This document shows positions 50,833 to 60,786 of a stretch of 64,000 nucleotides of DNA, one piece after another. The stretch lies in contig JAAYDE010000100.1 of assembly GCA_012729375.1 (NCBI GenBank), positions 10,414 to 74,413 of the forward strand, read 5' to 3'. The stretch comes from Deltaproteobacteria bacterium (GTDB lineage Bacteria; Desulfobacterota; Desulfuromonadia; Desulfuromonadales; JAAYDE01). A program made the translations under genes and the position numbers. How positions within the stretch are numbered: the stretch's first letter is position 1; the number at the start of each line of letters is the position of its first letter. The notes beneath the pieces were generated by a model, which saw only the letters and a list, made by a program, of their open reading frames with translations, did not search any database and was not told the origin of the DNA.

Positions 50833-51156
50833 ATGCCCGAGAAAATCAAAAAAGCAGCAGAAGAAAGACTGGCTGAACTGCAGAAGGAGTTTGAAAGACT
50901 CACCAAGCAGGTGCAGAGAAACCGCGATCTGATCGCCTCCAACGACGAGAGGATTCAATCCAACAAAGACCTGATCGAATCCAACAAGGCGCGAATTGCC
51001 GCATTTGATAAGCTGTCAAAAACGGTTGAGGAAAACCGCACCCGGCTCGAACAGCTAATGAAAAAAGCTCCCGTCGAATTCGCCAAGGAAGCTGGCGTCT
51101 GGAAGAAAGCCCTGGACGAATGGGCTGAAGAAATGAGATTGTTCGGCCAGACCTGA
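50833..51156 (+). CDS. Small coiled-coil protein with IxxN heptads
   Basis: AGGAGG RBS; heptads VQRNRDL/IASNDER/IQSNKDL/IESNKAR. Confidence 0.8.
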   Translation: MPEKIKKAAEERLAELQKEFERLTKQVQRNRDLIASNDERIQSNKDLIESNKARIAAFDKLSKTVEENRTRLEQLMKKAPVEFAKEAGVWKKALDEWAEEMRLFGQT

Positions 51157-51461
51157 GCCTCTTTTTATTTCCCAAAATTAGCTCCTTCCTTGATTTTGCC
51201 CGGCCTGATTTTGCCAGAGAGACCCTTCCGGGTCTTTTTTTTTGTTTTACGGCCACAGGGCTTCGATCCTTTCGCATAAAAAGAAAAAGAACCTGTGTTG
51301 AGATCACACAAGAACAGAGTATAATAAATACTCCAATGTTTTCGTATGATTACATGTTTGGTCAAGAAAAGCAGGCACCTTGGCCGGGTTTCAGCGGCCG
51401 TTCTCAGGCGCCGGGCCTGTCTTGGCGGTGGGAAATTCTAAACAACCTTCGGGAGGATGGC

Positions 51462-52262
51462 ATGGCGGAAAGAAACACCCTGGAACTGCCTTCGGCCCTG
51501 AGCCATTTCTATCGGCTCTGGGCCGCTTCAGATGCCCGCAACGTGGCGGTTTTCCTCGACTACGACGGTACCCTGACGCCGATTGTTGAGCGTCCGGAAA
51601 TGGCCCTGCTGGCGCCGAACATGAAGGACGCGGTGCGTCTTGTCGCCTCCAGGGCGACGGTGGCGGTGATCAGCGGGCGGGATCTGCAGGATGTGCGCAA
51701 CCTGGTCGGCCTGGAGGAGATCTGCTATGCCGGCAGTCATGGTTTCGACATCTATCGGCCTGGCGGCGAACGGATCGAACTGGAAGACGGGAAACGATAC
51801 CTTGCCGATCTCGACGCCGCCCAACGGAAACTGGAAGAGCGGTTTGCCGGCATCGAAGGCAGCCAGGTGGAAAGGAAGAAGTACGCCCTCGCCGTTCACT
51901 ACCGGCGGGTTCTTCCCGCCGTGGCGGAGTCGGTTCGCCGCATTTTCGATGAGGTGGCCTCCTCGTTCCCCCGTTTGCGCACCACGGGCGGCAAAAAGGT
52001 TTACGAACTGCGTCCGGACGTCGATTGGCACAAGGGTAAGGCGGTGGCCTATCTGCTGAAGGTCCTCGGTCTCGATCACGCCGGGGTGATGCCTCTCTAC
52101 ATCGGCGACGATCTGACCGACGAGGATGCTTTTGTGGAACTGAAAAATCACGGCGTGGGGATTGTCGTACGGGATGAAGCACGGCCGACGGCGGCGCGTT
52201 TTTCCCTAATCGATATCGATGAGGTGCGCCGTTTCCTGGAAAATCTGGCGGTCATTTTGTGA
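51462..52262 (+). CDS. otsB: Trehalose-6-phosphate phosphatase
   Basis: FLDYDGTL, ISGR, GSHG, HYR, ELRP..HKG, GDDLTDEDAF. Confidence 0.92.
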   Translation: MAERNTLELPSALSHFYRLWAASDARNVAVFLDYDGTLTPIVERPEMALLAPNMKDAVRLVASRATVAVISGRDLQDVRNLVGLEEICYAGSHGFDIYRPGGERIELEDGKRYLADLDAAQRKLEERFAGIEGSQVERKKYALAVHYRRVLPAVAESVRRIFDEVASSFPRLRTTGGKKVYELRPDVDWHKGKAVAYLLKVLGLDHAGVMPLYIGDDLTDEDAFVELKNHGVGIVVRDEARPTAARFSLIDIDEVRRFLENLAVIL

Positions 52263-52273
52263 GGAGGGCGCCC

Positions 52274-54757
52274 ATGGAAGGTCAAGCGCCGGACACCTGG
52301 TCGCTGGTTTACGAGGGTTTCGACGCCCAAGGGGAAGGCCTGCGGGAGACCCTCTGCACCCTGGGAAACGGTTATTTCGCCACCCGCGGTGCGGCTCCGG
52401 AAAGCGCGGCGGACGGCATACGCTATCCCGCCACCTATGTGGCCGGGGCCTACAACCGGCTGCGGACAGAACTCTCGGGGATGATGGTCGAAAACGAGGA
52501 TCTGGTCAATTTCCCCAACTGGGTGCGGATGAGATTCCGCATCGAGGGCGGTGATTGGTTCGATCCGATGAACACGGAACTTCTCCACTATCGCCAGGAA
52601 CTGGACATGCGGCGCGGCATTCTGCTGCGCTGCATCCGTTTCCGAGATGGCGCCGGACGGGTCACCTCCCTCCACGAACGGCGCCTGGTTCATCAGAAGT
52701 GGCCCCATCTCGGTGCTCAATCCCTGGTCCTTGCCGCCGAGAACTGGGCCGGCGAGGTGGAATTTGAATCGGCCCTGGACGGCAGGGTGGCCAACACCGG
52801 AGTGGAGCGTTACCGCCGGCTCAGCAACGTCCACCTGGTTCCCCTGGGAAACAGCTTCCCCCATGAACGCATCCTGTGCCTCAAGGTCCACACCAGCCAA
52901 TCGGGGATCACCGTGGCCCAGGGGATGAGAACCCGGGTTTTCAGCAATGGGGAAGATTCAGCTGTGACGCTGCAGAGGGTCGATGCGCCCGGTTTCGCCG
53001 CGCACCGTTTCTGTTTGCGTTTGCAAGCCGGAGAAGAGACCCGGGTCGAAAAGGTTGTTTCCCTGTTTACCTCCCGGGACCGGGCCATCGCCGAGTGCGG
53101 CGAGGCGGCCGTGCTCGCGGTTTCGCGGGCCGCCGATTTCGAGGAACTCGCCGATCACCAGGAGCGCGCCTGGAGACATCTCTGGAGTCGCTTTGCCATC
53201 GATGTGGAGGGGAACGGTCCGCAGACGGTGATGATTCTGCGCCTGCATCTGTTTCATCTCCTGCAGACGGTATCGATCCACGCCATCGATCTGGATGCCG
53301 GGGTGCCGGCGCGGGGGTGGCACGGGGAGGCCTATCGCGGCCATATCTTCTGGGATGAACTCTTCATCATGCCGCTGTTCAACCTGCGTTTTCCGGAGAT
53401 CACCAGGGCCTTGCTCCGCTACCGTTTCCGGCGCCTCGACGAAGCGCGCACCAACGCCCGCGAGGCCGGTTTCCGGGGAGCCATGTTCCCCTGGCAGAGC
53501 GGCAGCAGCGGCCGGGAGGAGAGCCAGAAAATCCACCTCAACCCCCGTTCGGGACGCTGGCTGCCCGACAATTCCAACCTGCAGCGCCACGTCAATCTGG
53601 CCATCGCCTGCAACATCTGGCAGTACTACCAGGTGACCCGCGACGTGGAGTTCATGGCTTTCTGCGGCGCCGAGATGATTTTCGAGATCGCCCGCTTTTT
53701 CTGCAGCGCCGCCCATTACAATCCGGCCCTCGACCGCTGGGAAATCCACGGTGTGATGGGGCCCGACGAATACCATGACGATTATCCGGGCAAACAGGGG
53801 GAGGGGCTCAACAACAACGCCTATACCAACCTGATGACGGTCTGGCTGCTGTGCCGGGCGCTGGAACTGGTGGAGATTCTTCCCGAGGACCAGCGCGCCG
53901 CTCTTGGCGACGCCATTGATCTGCAACCGCGGGAAATCGCCGTATGGGAGGAGATCAGCCGCAAGATGCGCATCGTCTTCCACGGCGACGGCATCATCAG
54001 CCAGTTCGAGGGCTATGACCAGCTGGCGGAGTTTGATTGGGAAAAATACCGCGGGCGCTATGGAGAGGTGATGCGGCTCGATCGCATCCTGGAGGCGGAA
54101 GGGGACACCCCCAACCGTTACAAACTGTCCAAGCAGGCCGACGTGCTGATGCTCTTCTACCTGTTCTCGAACACCGAGCTGGAATCCCTCTTCGAGCGGC
54201 TCGGCTATCCTTTCGACGAGGGGATGGTCAAACGCAATACTGATTATTACCTCTACCGCACCTCCCACGGCTCCACCCTGAGCCAGCTGGTCCACTCCTG
54301 GGTACTGGCCCGCTCGGACCGGGACCGCTCCTGGAAGCTTTTCATCCGCGCCTTGGAAAGCGACGTCCGCGATGTCCAGGGGGGCACCACCCCCGAGGGG
54401 ATTCACCTGGGCGCCATGGCCGGAACCGTCGACCTGGTGCAGCGCTGCTACCTGGGCATCGAAACCCGCGAGGACGTCCTCTGGTTCGATCCCTGCCTGC
54501 CCGATGAACTCAAACGCCTGACCCTGCGCCTGCTTTACCGCGGCCAGCTTCTGGAGGTGGAATGCACCCAGGAACGGATCGCCATACAGGCCCTGCGCAA
54601 CGGCCTGGCGCCTTCGGTCCGCATCGGTTTCGGCGGCGAAACCTTTGACCTTGGCGGCGGCAGGACTCTGCACTTCGCGCTGCCCGCCGCCACCTCGGCC
54701 TGCGTGCCCGCTTTCAGCGGGCGAGGACGAACCCGCCGTCGCGGACCTCGACCATGA
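52274..54757 (+). CDS. GH65 trehalose/maltose phosphorylase-hydrolase family protein
   Basis: LGNGYFATRG, ARGWHGEAYRGHIFWDE, GPDEYH, KQADVLML, GIHLGAMAG. Confidence 0.92.
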   Translation: MEGQAPDTWSLVYEGFDAQGEGLRETLCTLGNGYFATRGAAPESAADGIRYPATYVAGAYNRLRTELSGMMVENEDLVNFPNWVRMRFRIEGGDWFDPMNTELLHYRQELDMRRGILLRCIRFRDGAGRVTSLHERRLVHQKWPHLGAQSLVLAAENWAGEVEFESALDGRVANTGVERYRRLSNVHLVPLGNSFPHERILCLKVHTSQSGITVAQGMRTRVFSNGEDSAVTLQRVDAPGFAAHRFCLRLQAGEETRVEKVVSLFTSRDRAIAECGEAAVLAVSRAADFEELADHQERAWRHLWSRFAIDVEGNGPQTVMILRLHLFHLLQTVSIHAIDLDAGVPARGWHGEAYRGHIFWDELFIMPLFNLRFPEITRALLRYRFRRLDEARTNAREAGFRGAMFPWQSGSSGREESQKIHLNPRSGRWLPDNSNLQRHVNLAIACNIWQYYQVTRDVEFMAFCGAEMIFEIARFFCSAAHYNPALDRWEIHGVMGPDEYHDDYPGKQGEGLNNNAYTNLMTVWLLCRALELVEILPEDQRAALGDAIDLQPREIAVWEEISRKMRIVFHGDGIISQFEGYDQLAEFDWEKYRGRYGEVMRLDRILEAEGDTPNRYKLSKQADVLMLFYLFSNTELESLFERLGYPFDEGMVKRNTDYYLYRTSHGSTLSQLVHSWVLARSDRDRSWKLFIRALESDVRDVQGGTTPEGIHLGAMAGTVDLVQRCYLGIETREDVLWFDPCLPDELKRLTLRLLYRGQLLEVECTQERIAIQALRNGLAPSVRIGFGGETFDLGGGRTLHFALPAATSACVPAFSGRGRTRRRGPRP

Positions 54758-55883
54758 CCATGGAATCGATGTCGAGGCCGTTGTGGTCTTCCGGGGTCAG
54801 GTTGTAGATGCCGGAGACGCCGACGAAGTCTTTGGTGTTCTCGATGGCCTGGCGCAGGGCCTTGGGTTCGGTCCCGGCCTTGCGGATGGCTTCGGCGACG
54901 ATGGTGACGGCATCCCAGGCGTAACCCGAATGGGTGTTGATGGGAAACTGCCGGTCGAAATCGTAGACCTCATCGTAGAGATGGATGAAGTTGAGGATGG
55001 TCTTTTTCTGGGGGTCGCTGTCGGGGAGCTGGGCGGCGACCAACAGCTTCGTGGACGGCATCCGGTCCCCTTCCGAGGCGGCGCCCGCCAGTTCGATGTA
55101 TTTGGGGTCGGGCAGACCGTGGCACTGAAAAAGGGGCAGCTCGATGCCCAGCTGATGGCGGTTTTTGGCGACGATGGCCCCGGCCGGTCCGATGGTCCAG
55201 CAGATGACGGCCTGAGGAGCGTCATTGCGGAGGCGGGTGAGCTGGGGCGTCATGTCCGTGTCCTGGGGGCCGAAGGACTCCCGGGCGGCAAAGGTGATGC
55301 CGAATTCGGGGGCGAGTTTTTCCATCCACTCGGCGCCGTCCTTGCCGAAACTGTCGGCGGCGTAGAGCAGGGCCACCCGCTCCAGCTTTTTGTCCCGCAG
55401 GTAGGTGAAAAGACGCTTCACCGCGGTTTCGGAACGCTGCGGCGATTTGAAGACGTATTCAAAGGAGCCGTATTTTCCTCCCATGATGATCGGATCTCCG
55501 CCCACCGTCATGAAGGTCGGGATGCCGGCCTTCTCCACGATCGGTTTGACGGTCATGCCGGTGCCGGTGCGCGTCGGTCCGATGATGGCCGCCACCTTGT
55601 CCTGATAGATGAATTTCTTCGCCAGGGTCGCCGCCTTGGCCGGATTGCCCTCGGTATCGCCGATCACCAGCTTCAGGGGGCGGCCGGCGACCCCGCCGGC
55701 CTTGTTGATTTCGGCGACGGCCATTTCCGCCACCAGTTTGGTCGGTGTGCCGATATTGCTGGCCGGCCCCGAAAGGTCGAAAAAAGCCCCCAGGCGGATC
55801 TCTTCCGCCGCTATGGAGGCGGAGCCCCAGGTCAGAAAAATCGCCACCATGAGACCGGCAAGGGTTGCCATTCTGCTGTTCAT
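54714..55883 (-). CDS. Liv-type ABC substrate-binding protein (probably for an aromatic acid)
   Basis: Signal peptide, LSGPASNIG, INKAGGVAGRPL, last gene of the liv-paaK operon. Confidence 0.88.
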   Translation of the reverse strand: MNSRMATLAGLMVAIFLTWGSASIAAEEIRLGAFFDLSGPASNIGTPTKLVAEMAVAEINKAGGVAGRPLKLVIGDTEGNPAKAATLAKKFIYQDKVAAIIGPTRTGTGMTVKPIVEKAGIPTFMTVGGDPIIMGGKYGSFEYVFKSPQRSETAVKRLFTYLRDKKLERVALLYAADSFGKDGAEWMEKLAPEFGITFAARESFGPQDTDMTPQLTRLRNDAPQAVICWTIGPAGAIVAKNRHQLGIELPLFQCHGLPDPKYIELAGAASEGDRMPSTKLLVAAQLPDSDPQKKTILNFIHLYDEVYDFDRQFPINTHSGYAWDAVTIVAEAIRKAGTEPKALRQAIENTKDFVGVSGIYNLTPEDHNGLDIDSMVMVEVRDGGFVLAR

Positions 55884-55919
55884 GATCCGTCTCCCTTCTC
55901 TTTTTTTACGGTGATAGGG

Positions 55920-58010
55920 TCAGATAATCGAATCCCTGATGCGTTGGTCGAAGATGCGCTGGCTCTTTTTCTCCGAGCGGGGCAGGGATCCATAGTCGAC
56001 AACGGCGATGTCCACCGAGACCAGCAGCAGTTTCTTGACCTGGTGGGCGATTTCCGCCGTTATTTCAGGGATTCGCTCCTTTTCGACGCTCTTTCCCTTT
56101 TCCACCTTGAGAAGCATCGAATCCCGTCCGCTCTCCGCGTCGCGGCTGAGGTGGACCTGGTATTCGGAACCGAGGCCGGGGATCTGGGAAAGGATGGCGT
56201 CGATGGAGGAAGGGTAGATATTGACGCCGCGGAACTTGAACATGTCGTCGGTGCGCCCCTTGAGGCGGGAGTGGCGGGGCAGCGGCGAGCCGCAGGTGCA
56301 GCGCCCCGGAATGATGCGGGTGATGTCGTGGGTGCGGTAGCGGATCAGCGGCGCCGCTTCCTTGCGCAAGGTGGTGACGACCATCTCGCCCCATTCGCCG
56401 TCGGGGAGGGGCTGCAGGGTGACGGGGTCGATGATTTCAAGGATGTAGTAATCGCCCCAATAGTGGATGCAGTCGTGGTGGATGCATTCGATGCCGGTGC
56501 CCGGTCCGTAGAGTTCGGTCAGGCCGGGGATGTCGAAGAGTTCCGCGCCGCCGAAGAGTTCCGAGATCTTCTGGCGCATGCCGCGGGAGGAACGCTCCGA
56601 ACCGTAGATGACCTTGCGGATGTTGATCTTGTGGGCGATGCCGCGGCGGTGGATCTCTTCCGCCATCAGCAGGGCCATGGAGGCGGTGCTGCAGAAGACG
56701 GTGGGCTGGAAATCGAGGAGGAACTGGCACTGCAGATCGACGTTGCCGGGGCCGATGGGGATGGCCATGGCGCCCACCTTTTCACAGCCCCACTGGAAGC
56801 CGGCGCCGGCGGTCCAGACGCCGTAGCCGACGGCGATCTGCACCCGGTCGAGGGGCGTGACCCCGGCCATGGCGTAGGCGCGGGCAAAAAAGTGGATCCA
56901 GTCGTCCACGTCCTTCTGGGTGTAGCAGAGCACCTTGCGTTTGCCGGTGGTGCCGGAGCTGGCGTGGATGCGCACGATCTGCTCGAAAGGAACCGCCCGC
57001 AGCGGGAAGGGGTAGCCGTCCCGCAGGTCCTCTGCGGTGGTCAGGGGCAGACGCACGATGTCGGCCAGGGAGGTGATGTCGCCGGGGACGATGCCGGCCT
57101 TTTCTAGGCGCTCCCGGTAGAAGGCGGAGCCCTCGTAGGCGTGGCGCAGGGTCCATTGCAGACCGCGGAGCTGCAGATCGGCCAGTTCCTGTTTGGTGCC
57201 GAAGGAAGGGACGAATTGCTGCTGGTTCATGGGCGTTTTCTCCAATCTGATATTGGTCAGGCCGGCGGCGCCGAGACGGCTTCCCGCCGGATTGTTTTCC
57301 GTTGCCGCGCCGAGAAAGGCGCGCCGCAGCTGGGGATCGTTGAGCAGCCGCCAACTCTCCCCGGAATCGACGATGCGGCCGTTGGCCAGCAGGAAGGCCC
57401 TGCGGGAGGCGGCCAGGGCCCTGGCCGCGTTCTGCTCGACGAGGAGGATGGTGGTGCCGCTGCGCCCCAGTTGGCGGATGATATCAAACAACTGGTCGGT
57501 GATTAAAGGGGAAAGTCCCAGGCTCGGCTCGTCCAGAAGGAGAAGTTCCGGCCCCGCCATTAATGCCCGGCCCATGGCCGCCATCTGCTGCTCGCCACCG
57601 GACAGGGTTCCGGCGATACGGGCGAGCTTGCCGGCGAGCATCGGCAGGATGTCGACCACCTCCTGGAGGCGGCGTTTCACCTCCCCGCCGGGGAGCTTCA
57701 GGGCGACGGCGCCGAGGCGCAGGTTTTCCGCCACGGTCAGATCGGGGAAAAGCTCGCGCCCTTCCGGAGAAAGGGCGAGCCCCTTGGCGACGATCCGGCG
57801 CGGAGAAAGACCGCACAGGTTCTCGTCCTGAAAGAGAATGCGCCCGCCGCTGCTGGGCAACAGCCCCATGACCGCCTTCAGCAGCGTCGTTTTCCCTGCT
57901 CCGTTGGCGCCGACCAGGGCCACCGTCTCCCCGGCCGCCACCGCGAGGTCGACCTTGTCGAGGGCCAGGGCCGCGCCGTAATGGGCGGATAGATTTTCGA
58001 TCTTGAGCAT
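55920..58010 (-). CDS. Fusion of LivF-type ABC ATPase and phenylacetate-CoA ligase (PaaK)
   Basis: N-half GANGAGKTT, LSGGEQQM, LLLDEPS, VEQN; C-half HASSGTTG, YGVWTAG, PGLTE, RYRTHD, GRTDDMFKFRGVN; no stop between them. Confidence 0.88.
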   Translation of the reverse strand: MLKIENLSAHYGAALALDKVDLAVAAGETVALVGANGAGKTTLLKAVMGLLPSSGGRILFQDENLCGLSPRRIVAKGLALSPEGRELFPDLTVAENLRLGAVALKLPGGEVKRRLQEVVDILPMLAGKLARIAGTLSGGEQQMAAMGRALMAGPELLLLDEPSLGLSPLITDQLFDIIRQLGRSGTTILLVEQNAARALAASRRAFLLANGRIVDSGESWRLLNDPQLRRAFLGAATENNPAGSRLGAAGLTNIRLEKTPMNQQQFVPSFGTKQELADLQLRGLQWTLRHAYEGSAFYRERLEKAGIVPGDITSLADIVRLPLTTAEDLRDGYPFPLRAVPFEQIVRIHASSGTTGKRKVLCYTQKDVDDWIHFFARAYAMAGVTPLDRVQIAVGYGVWTAGAGFQWGCEKVGAMAIPIGPGNVDLQCQFLLDFQPTVFCSTASMALLMAEEIHRRGIAHKINIRKVIYGSERSSRGMRQKISELFGGAELFDIPGLTELYGPGTGIECIHHDCIHYWGDYYILEIIDPVTLQPLPDGEWGEMVVTTLRKEAAPLIRYRTHDITRIIPGRCTCGSPLPRHSRLKGRTDDMFKFRGVNIYPSSIDAILSQIPGLGSEYQVHLSRDAESGRDSMLLKVEKGKSVEKERIPEITAEIAHQVKKLLLVSVDIAVVDYGSLPRSEKKSQRIFDQRIRDSII

Positions 58011-58022
58011 GACTTGGTCCCT

Positions 58023-58100
58023 GTGATTGGTGATTGGTGACTGGCACCAGGTAATTGGCGGGCGATCACCAATGACCGCTGACAATTGACGGATGACGGA
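58023..58100. repeat. Degenerate heptamer repeats in the livG-livF spacer
   Basis: GTGATTG GTGATTG GTGACTG ... GTAATTG, and TGACGGA TGACGGA. Confidence 0.5.
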
Positions 58101-58147
58101 TCCAGGCCAAGCCGCCTAAAGGGCGAAGGCCCTGTTTTGACATTCGG

Positions 58148-58912
58148 TCAGGCGGTGACGCTCATCCTCCCCAGATAGGCCTCGATCACCCGTGGGTTGG
58201 TGCGGATTTCCTGGGGGGCGCCGGCGGCGATCAGGCGGCCGCCGTCGAGGACGACGACATGGTCGGAGACGGTCATGACCAGGTCCATATCGTGTTCCAC
58301 CAGCAGTATGGTCAGCCCGGCGCCGTGCAGGCGGCGGATCTCCATTGCGATGCGGGCCGTTTCGGCACCATTGAGGCCGGCCACCGGTTCGTCGAGAAGG
58401 AGCAGCCGCGGCCCGGCGACGAGGGCGCGGGCCATCTCCACCCTTTTTTTGTCCCCGTAGGAGAGGACCGATGCCGGCCAGCGGGCCTTGTCGGCGAGGC
58501 CGAAGTTGTCAAGCATGGCCATGGCCTTGAGCCGCAAAAGGCGTTCCCGGTGACGGGTGGCCGGCAGCCGCAGCAGGGATTTGACAAAGGATTGCTCGGC
58601 CTCCGGAGTGAGTCCGGCGAGGACGTTTTCTAGAACCGTGAGGCGCGGGAAGAGGGCGAGGTTCTGGAAGGTCCGGGCGATGCCGAGATAGGGGCGCCGG
58701 TGGCAGGGGAGGTCATCGATCCGCCGCCCTGTGAAACGGATGGCGCCGGCATCTGGGTTCAAAGTACCGGCGATGCAGTTGATGAGCGTCGATTTGCCGG
58801 CGCCGTTGGGGCCGATGAGGGCGGTGGTCATTCCTTCCCGGCATCGAAAGGAGACCTCCTCCAGGGCCGGAAGGCCGCCGAAATGTTTGCTGATACCGTC
58901 AATTTCGAGCAT
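58148..58912 (-). CDS. livG: LivG-type ABC ATPase
   Basis: GPNGAGKST, ARTFQN, LSYGDKKRVE, LLDEP, VEHDM, VIEAYLG. Confidence 0.88.
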   Translation of the reverse strand: MLEIDGISKHFGGLPALEEVSFRCREGMTTALIGPNGAGKSTLINCIAGTLNPDAGAIRFTGRRIDDLPCHRRPYLGIARTFQNLALFPRLTVLENVLAGLTPEAEQSFVKSLLRLPATRHRERLLRLKAMAMLDNFGLADKARWPASVLSYGDKKRVEMARALVAGPRLLLLDEPVAGLNGAETARIAMEIRRLHGAGLTILLVEHDMDLVMTVSDHVVVLDGGRLIAAGAPQEIRTNPRVIEAYLGRMSVTA

Positions 58913-59894
58913 TATTTGCTTTTCTCAGCAGACGCATCCGCAGCAGATCCTTTAATCCCGAAACCAGCCCCTGGGGGAGCAGGATCAACACGGTGACCAC
59001 GATCAGGCCATGGATGATGTCCCGAAAGGTTTCGAAAAAATGCAGAAACTCCGGCAGGAGAATGATCAGGGAGGCGCCGAAGAGGCTTCCCCAGATCGAC
59101 CCCAGACCGCCGATTACCACCATGGTGACCAGTTCGACGGAATTGAAGATGGTGAAGGAATCGGGATTGATGAAGGTATAGCAGTGGGCGAAGAGACTGC
59201 CGGCCACAGAGGCGAGAACGGCGGAGAGGACGAAAATCCGGATTTTGGCGCGATGGACCTGGATGCCCAGGCTGGCGGCGGCGGTTTCGTTCTGGGCCAC
59301 GGCGGCCAGGGCTAGGCCGAGGCTGCTGCGGGCCAGGTTGAGACCGAGGGTAAGAACCAGGATGGCGGCTCCCCAGGCCAGATAGTGAAAGCGGGTTTCG
59401 TCGTCGATGGCTACCCCCGCCAGGGAAAGATGGGGGATGCCGGCCAGTCCGCTGGGGCCGCCGGTCACCCTGTCCCATTGCATCATGACGGTGTAGCAGA
59501 CGATGTTGAAGCCCAAGGTGGCCATGGCCAGGTAATGCCCTGACAGGCGCAGGGTGGGGATCGCCACCAGAAAGGCGGTGAGGCCGACGGCGACGGCCGT
59601 TGCCGCCATCGCCAGCCAGGGGTTGATGCCGAGGTGGACGGTCAACAGCGCCGAGCCGTAGGCGCCGAGGCCGAGATAGGCCGCATGCCCCAAGGAGATC
59701 TGTCCGGCGTAGCCGATGAACAGGTTGAGGCCGATCACGGCGATCAGGTAGACGGCGATCAGGTTGGAGATGCCCAGCAGATAGGGGTTCCCGACCCAGG
59801 CGGGATAGACCAAGAGAAACAGGGCGAGCAGGCAGACGCTGAGCCCGGTGCGGTGGCTGGAAAAAAAGTAGCGGATTCTGTCCCGTGGCGTCAT
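58899..59894 (-). CDS. livM: LivM-type ABC permease
   Basis: GYAGQISLGHAA, LRLSGHYLAMATL, TGGPSG, VIGGLGS. Confidence 0.88.
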   Translation of the reverse strand: MTPRDRIRYFFSSHRTGLSVCLLALFLLVYPAWVGNPYLLGISNLIAVYLIAVIGLNLFIGYAGQISLGHAAYLGLGAYGSALLTVHLGINPWLAMAATAVAVGLTAFLVAIPTLRLSGHYLAMATLGFNIVCYTVMMQWDRVTGGPSGLAGIPHLSLAGVAIDDETRFHYLAWGAAILVLTLGLNLARSSLGLALAAVAQNETAAASLGIQVHRAKIRIFVLSAVLASVAGSLFAHCYTFINPDSFTIFNSVELVTMVVIGGLGSIWGSLFGASLIILLPEFLHFFETFRDIIHGLIVVTVLILLPQGLVSGLKDLLRMRLLRKANNARN

Positions 59895-59904
59895 TTCTTG
59901 CCCC

Positions 59905-60786
59905 TCACCGTTTTGCGGAGCCGAAAAGCCCTGCGGGGCGGATGAAAAGGACCAGTAGCAGAAGACCGAAGGCGATGACATCCTTGTAGGCGCTGCTGAG
60001 GCCGGCCGCCGCCAGGGACTCCAAAACGCCGAGGAGGACGCCGCCGGCAACCGCTCCCACGAAGGAGCCGAAGCCGCCGAGAATGGCCGCGGCGAACCCT
60101 TTCAGGCCGAGCAGAACGCCCACGTCGTAACTCAGGGTGGTGATCGGCGTGACCAGGGCGCCCGCCAAGCCTCCCATGCCTCCGGCGATGGCGAAGCTGA
60201 TCATGCGGATGCGTCCGCCGTCTATGCCGACCACGGCGGCGGCGTCGGCATTGGAGGCCACGGCGCGCATGCACAGCCCCAGGGTGGTGCGGCGGAAAAT
60301 CCAGATCAGCAGCAGAACGGCGCCGGCGGTGAGCAGGAAAATCCACAGAATCTGCGGCAGGATGGTGGCTCCGAACAGACGTATCGGCTCATCGGCGGTC
60401 AGTGGGGGCACGGCCATGCGGTTTTTCCCCCAGGCCAGTTTCATGATGCCGCGCAGAATGACCGACAGGCCGATGGTCAAAAAGATCAGCACCAGATGAT
60501 TGTCGGAACGGGAAGGGCGGATGCCGACCCTTTCCACGGCCATACCGGTGACGGCGGCCGCTGTTACCGCTCCGGCCAGGGCCAGAGGCATGGGCAACCC
60601 GAAAAGGAAAAGGGCGCTGTACAGAAACATACCCCCCAGAGAGACCAGATCGACCTGGGTGAAGTTGACGATCCCCATGGTGTTGTGAACCACGCAGAAA
60701 CCGAGGGCGATAAGGGCGTAAATGGCGCCGTTGGTAAGGCCGGCGAAAAGAAACTGGAGGGAATCGGTGAGGGTCGGCATGTTCAT
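59905..60786 (-). CDS. livH: LivH-type ABC permease
   Basis: GAIYALIALG, GIVNF, RAVASN, KGFAAAILGG, RPAGLFG. Confidence 0.88.
   Translation of the reverse strand: MNMPTLTDSLQFLFAGLTNGAIYALIALGFCVVHNTMGIVNFTQVDLVSLGGMFLYSALFLFGLPMPLALAGAVTAAAVTGMAVERVGIRPSRSDNHLVLIFLTIGLSVILRGIMKLAWGKNRMAVPPLTADEPIRLFGATILPQILWIFLLTAGAVLLLIWIFRRTTLGLCMRAVASNADAAAVVGIDGGRIRMISFAIAGGMGGLAGALVTPITTLSYDVGVLLGLKGFAAAILGGFGSFVGAVAGGVLLGVLESLAAAGLSSAYKDVIAFGLLLLVLFIRPAGLFGSAKR

Noticed and set aside
54714-54757. 44-bp convergent overlap of the GH65 gene and the binding-protein gene
   Set aside because: Short 3' overlaps are common; the GH65 tail is low-complexity and probably incidental.
58023-58100. Short repeats as a CRISPR array or mobile-element end
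   Set aside because: They are only 7-nt degenerate units with no spacers, cas genes or transposase.
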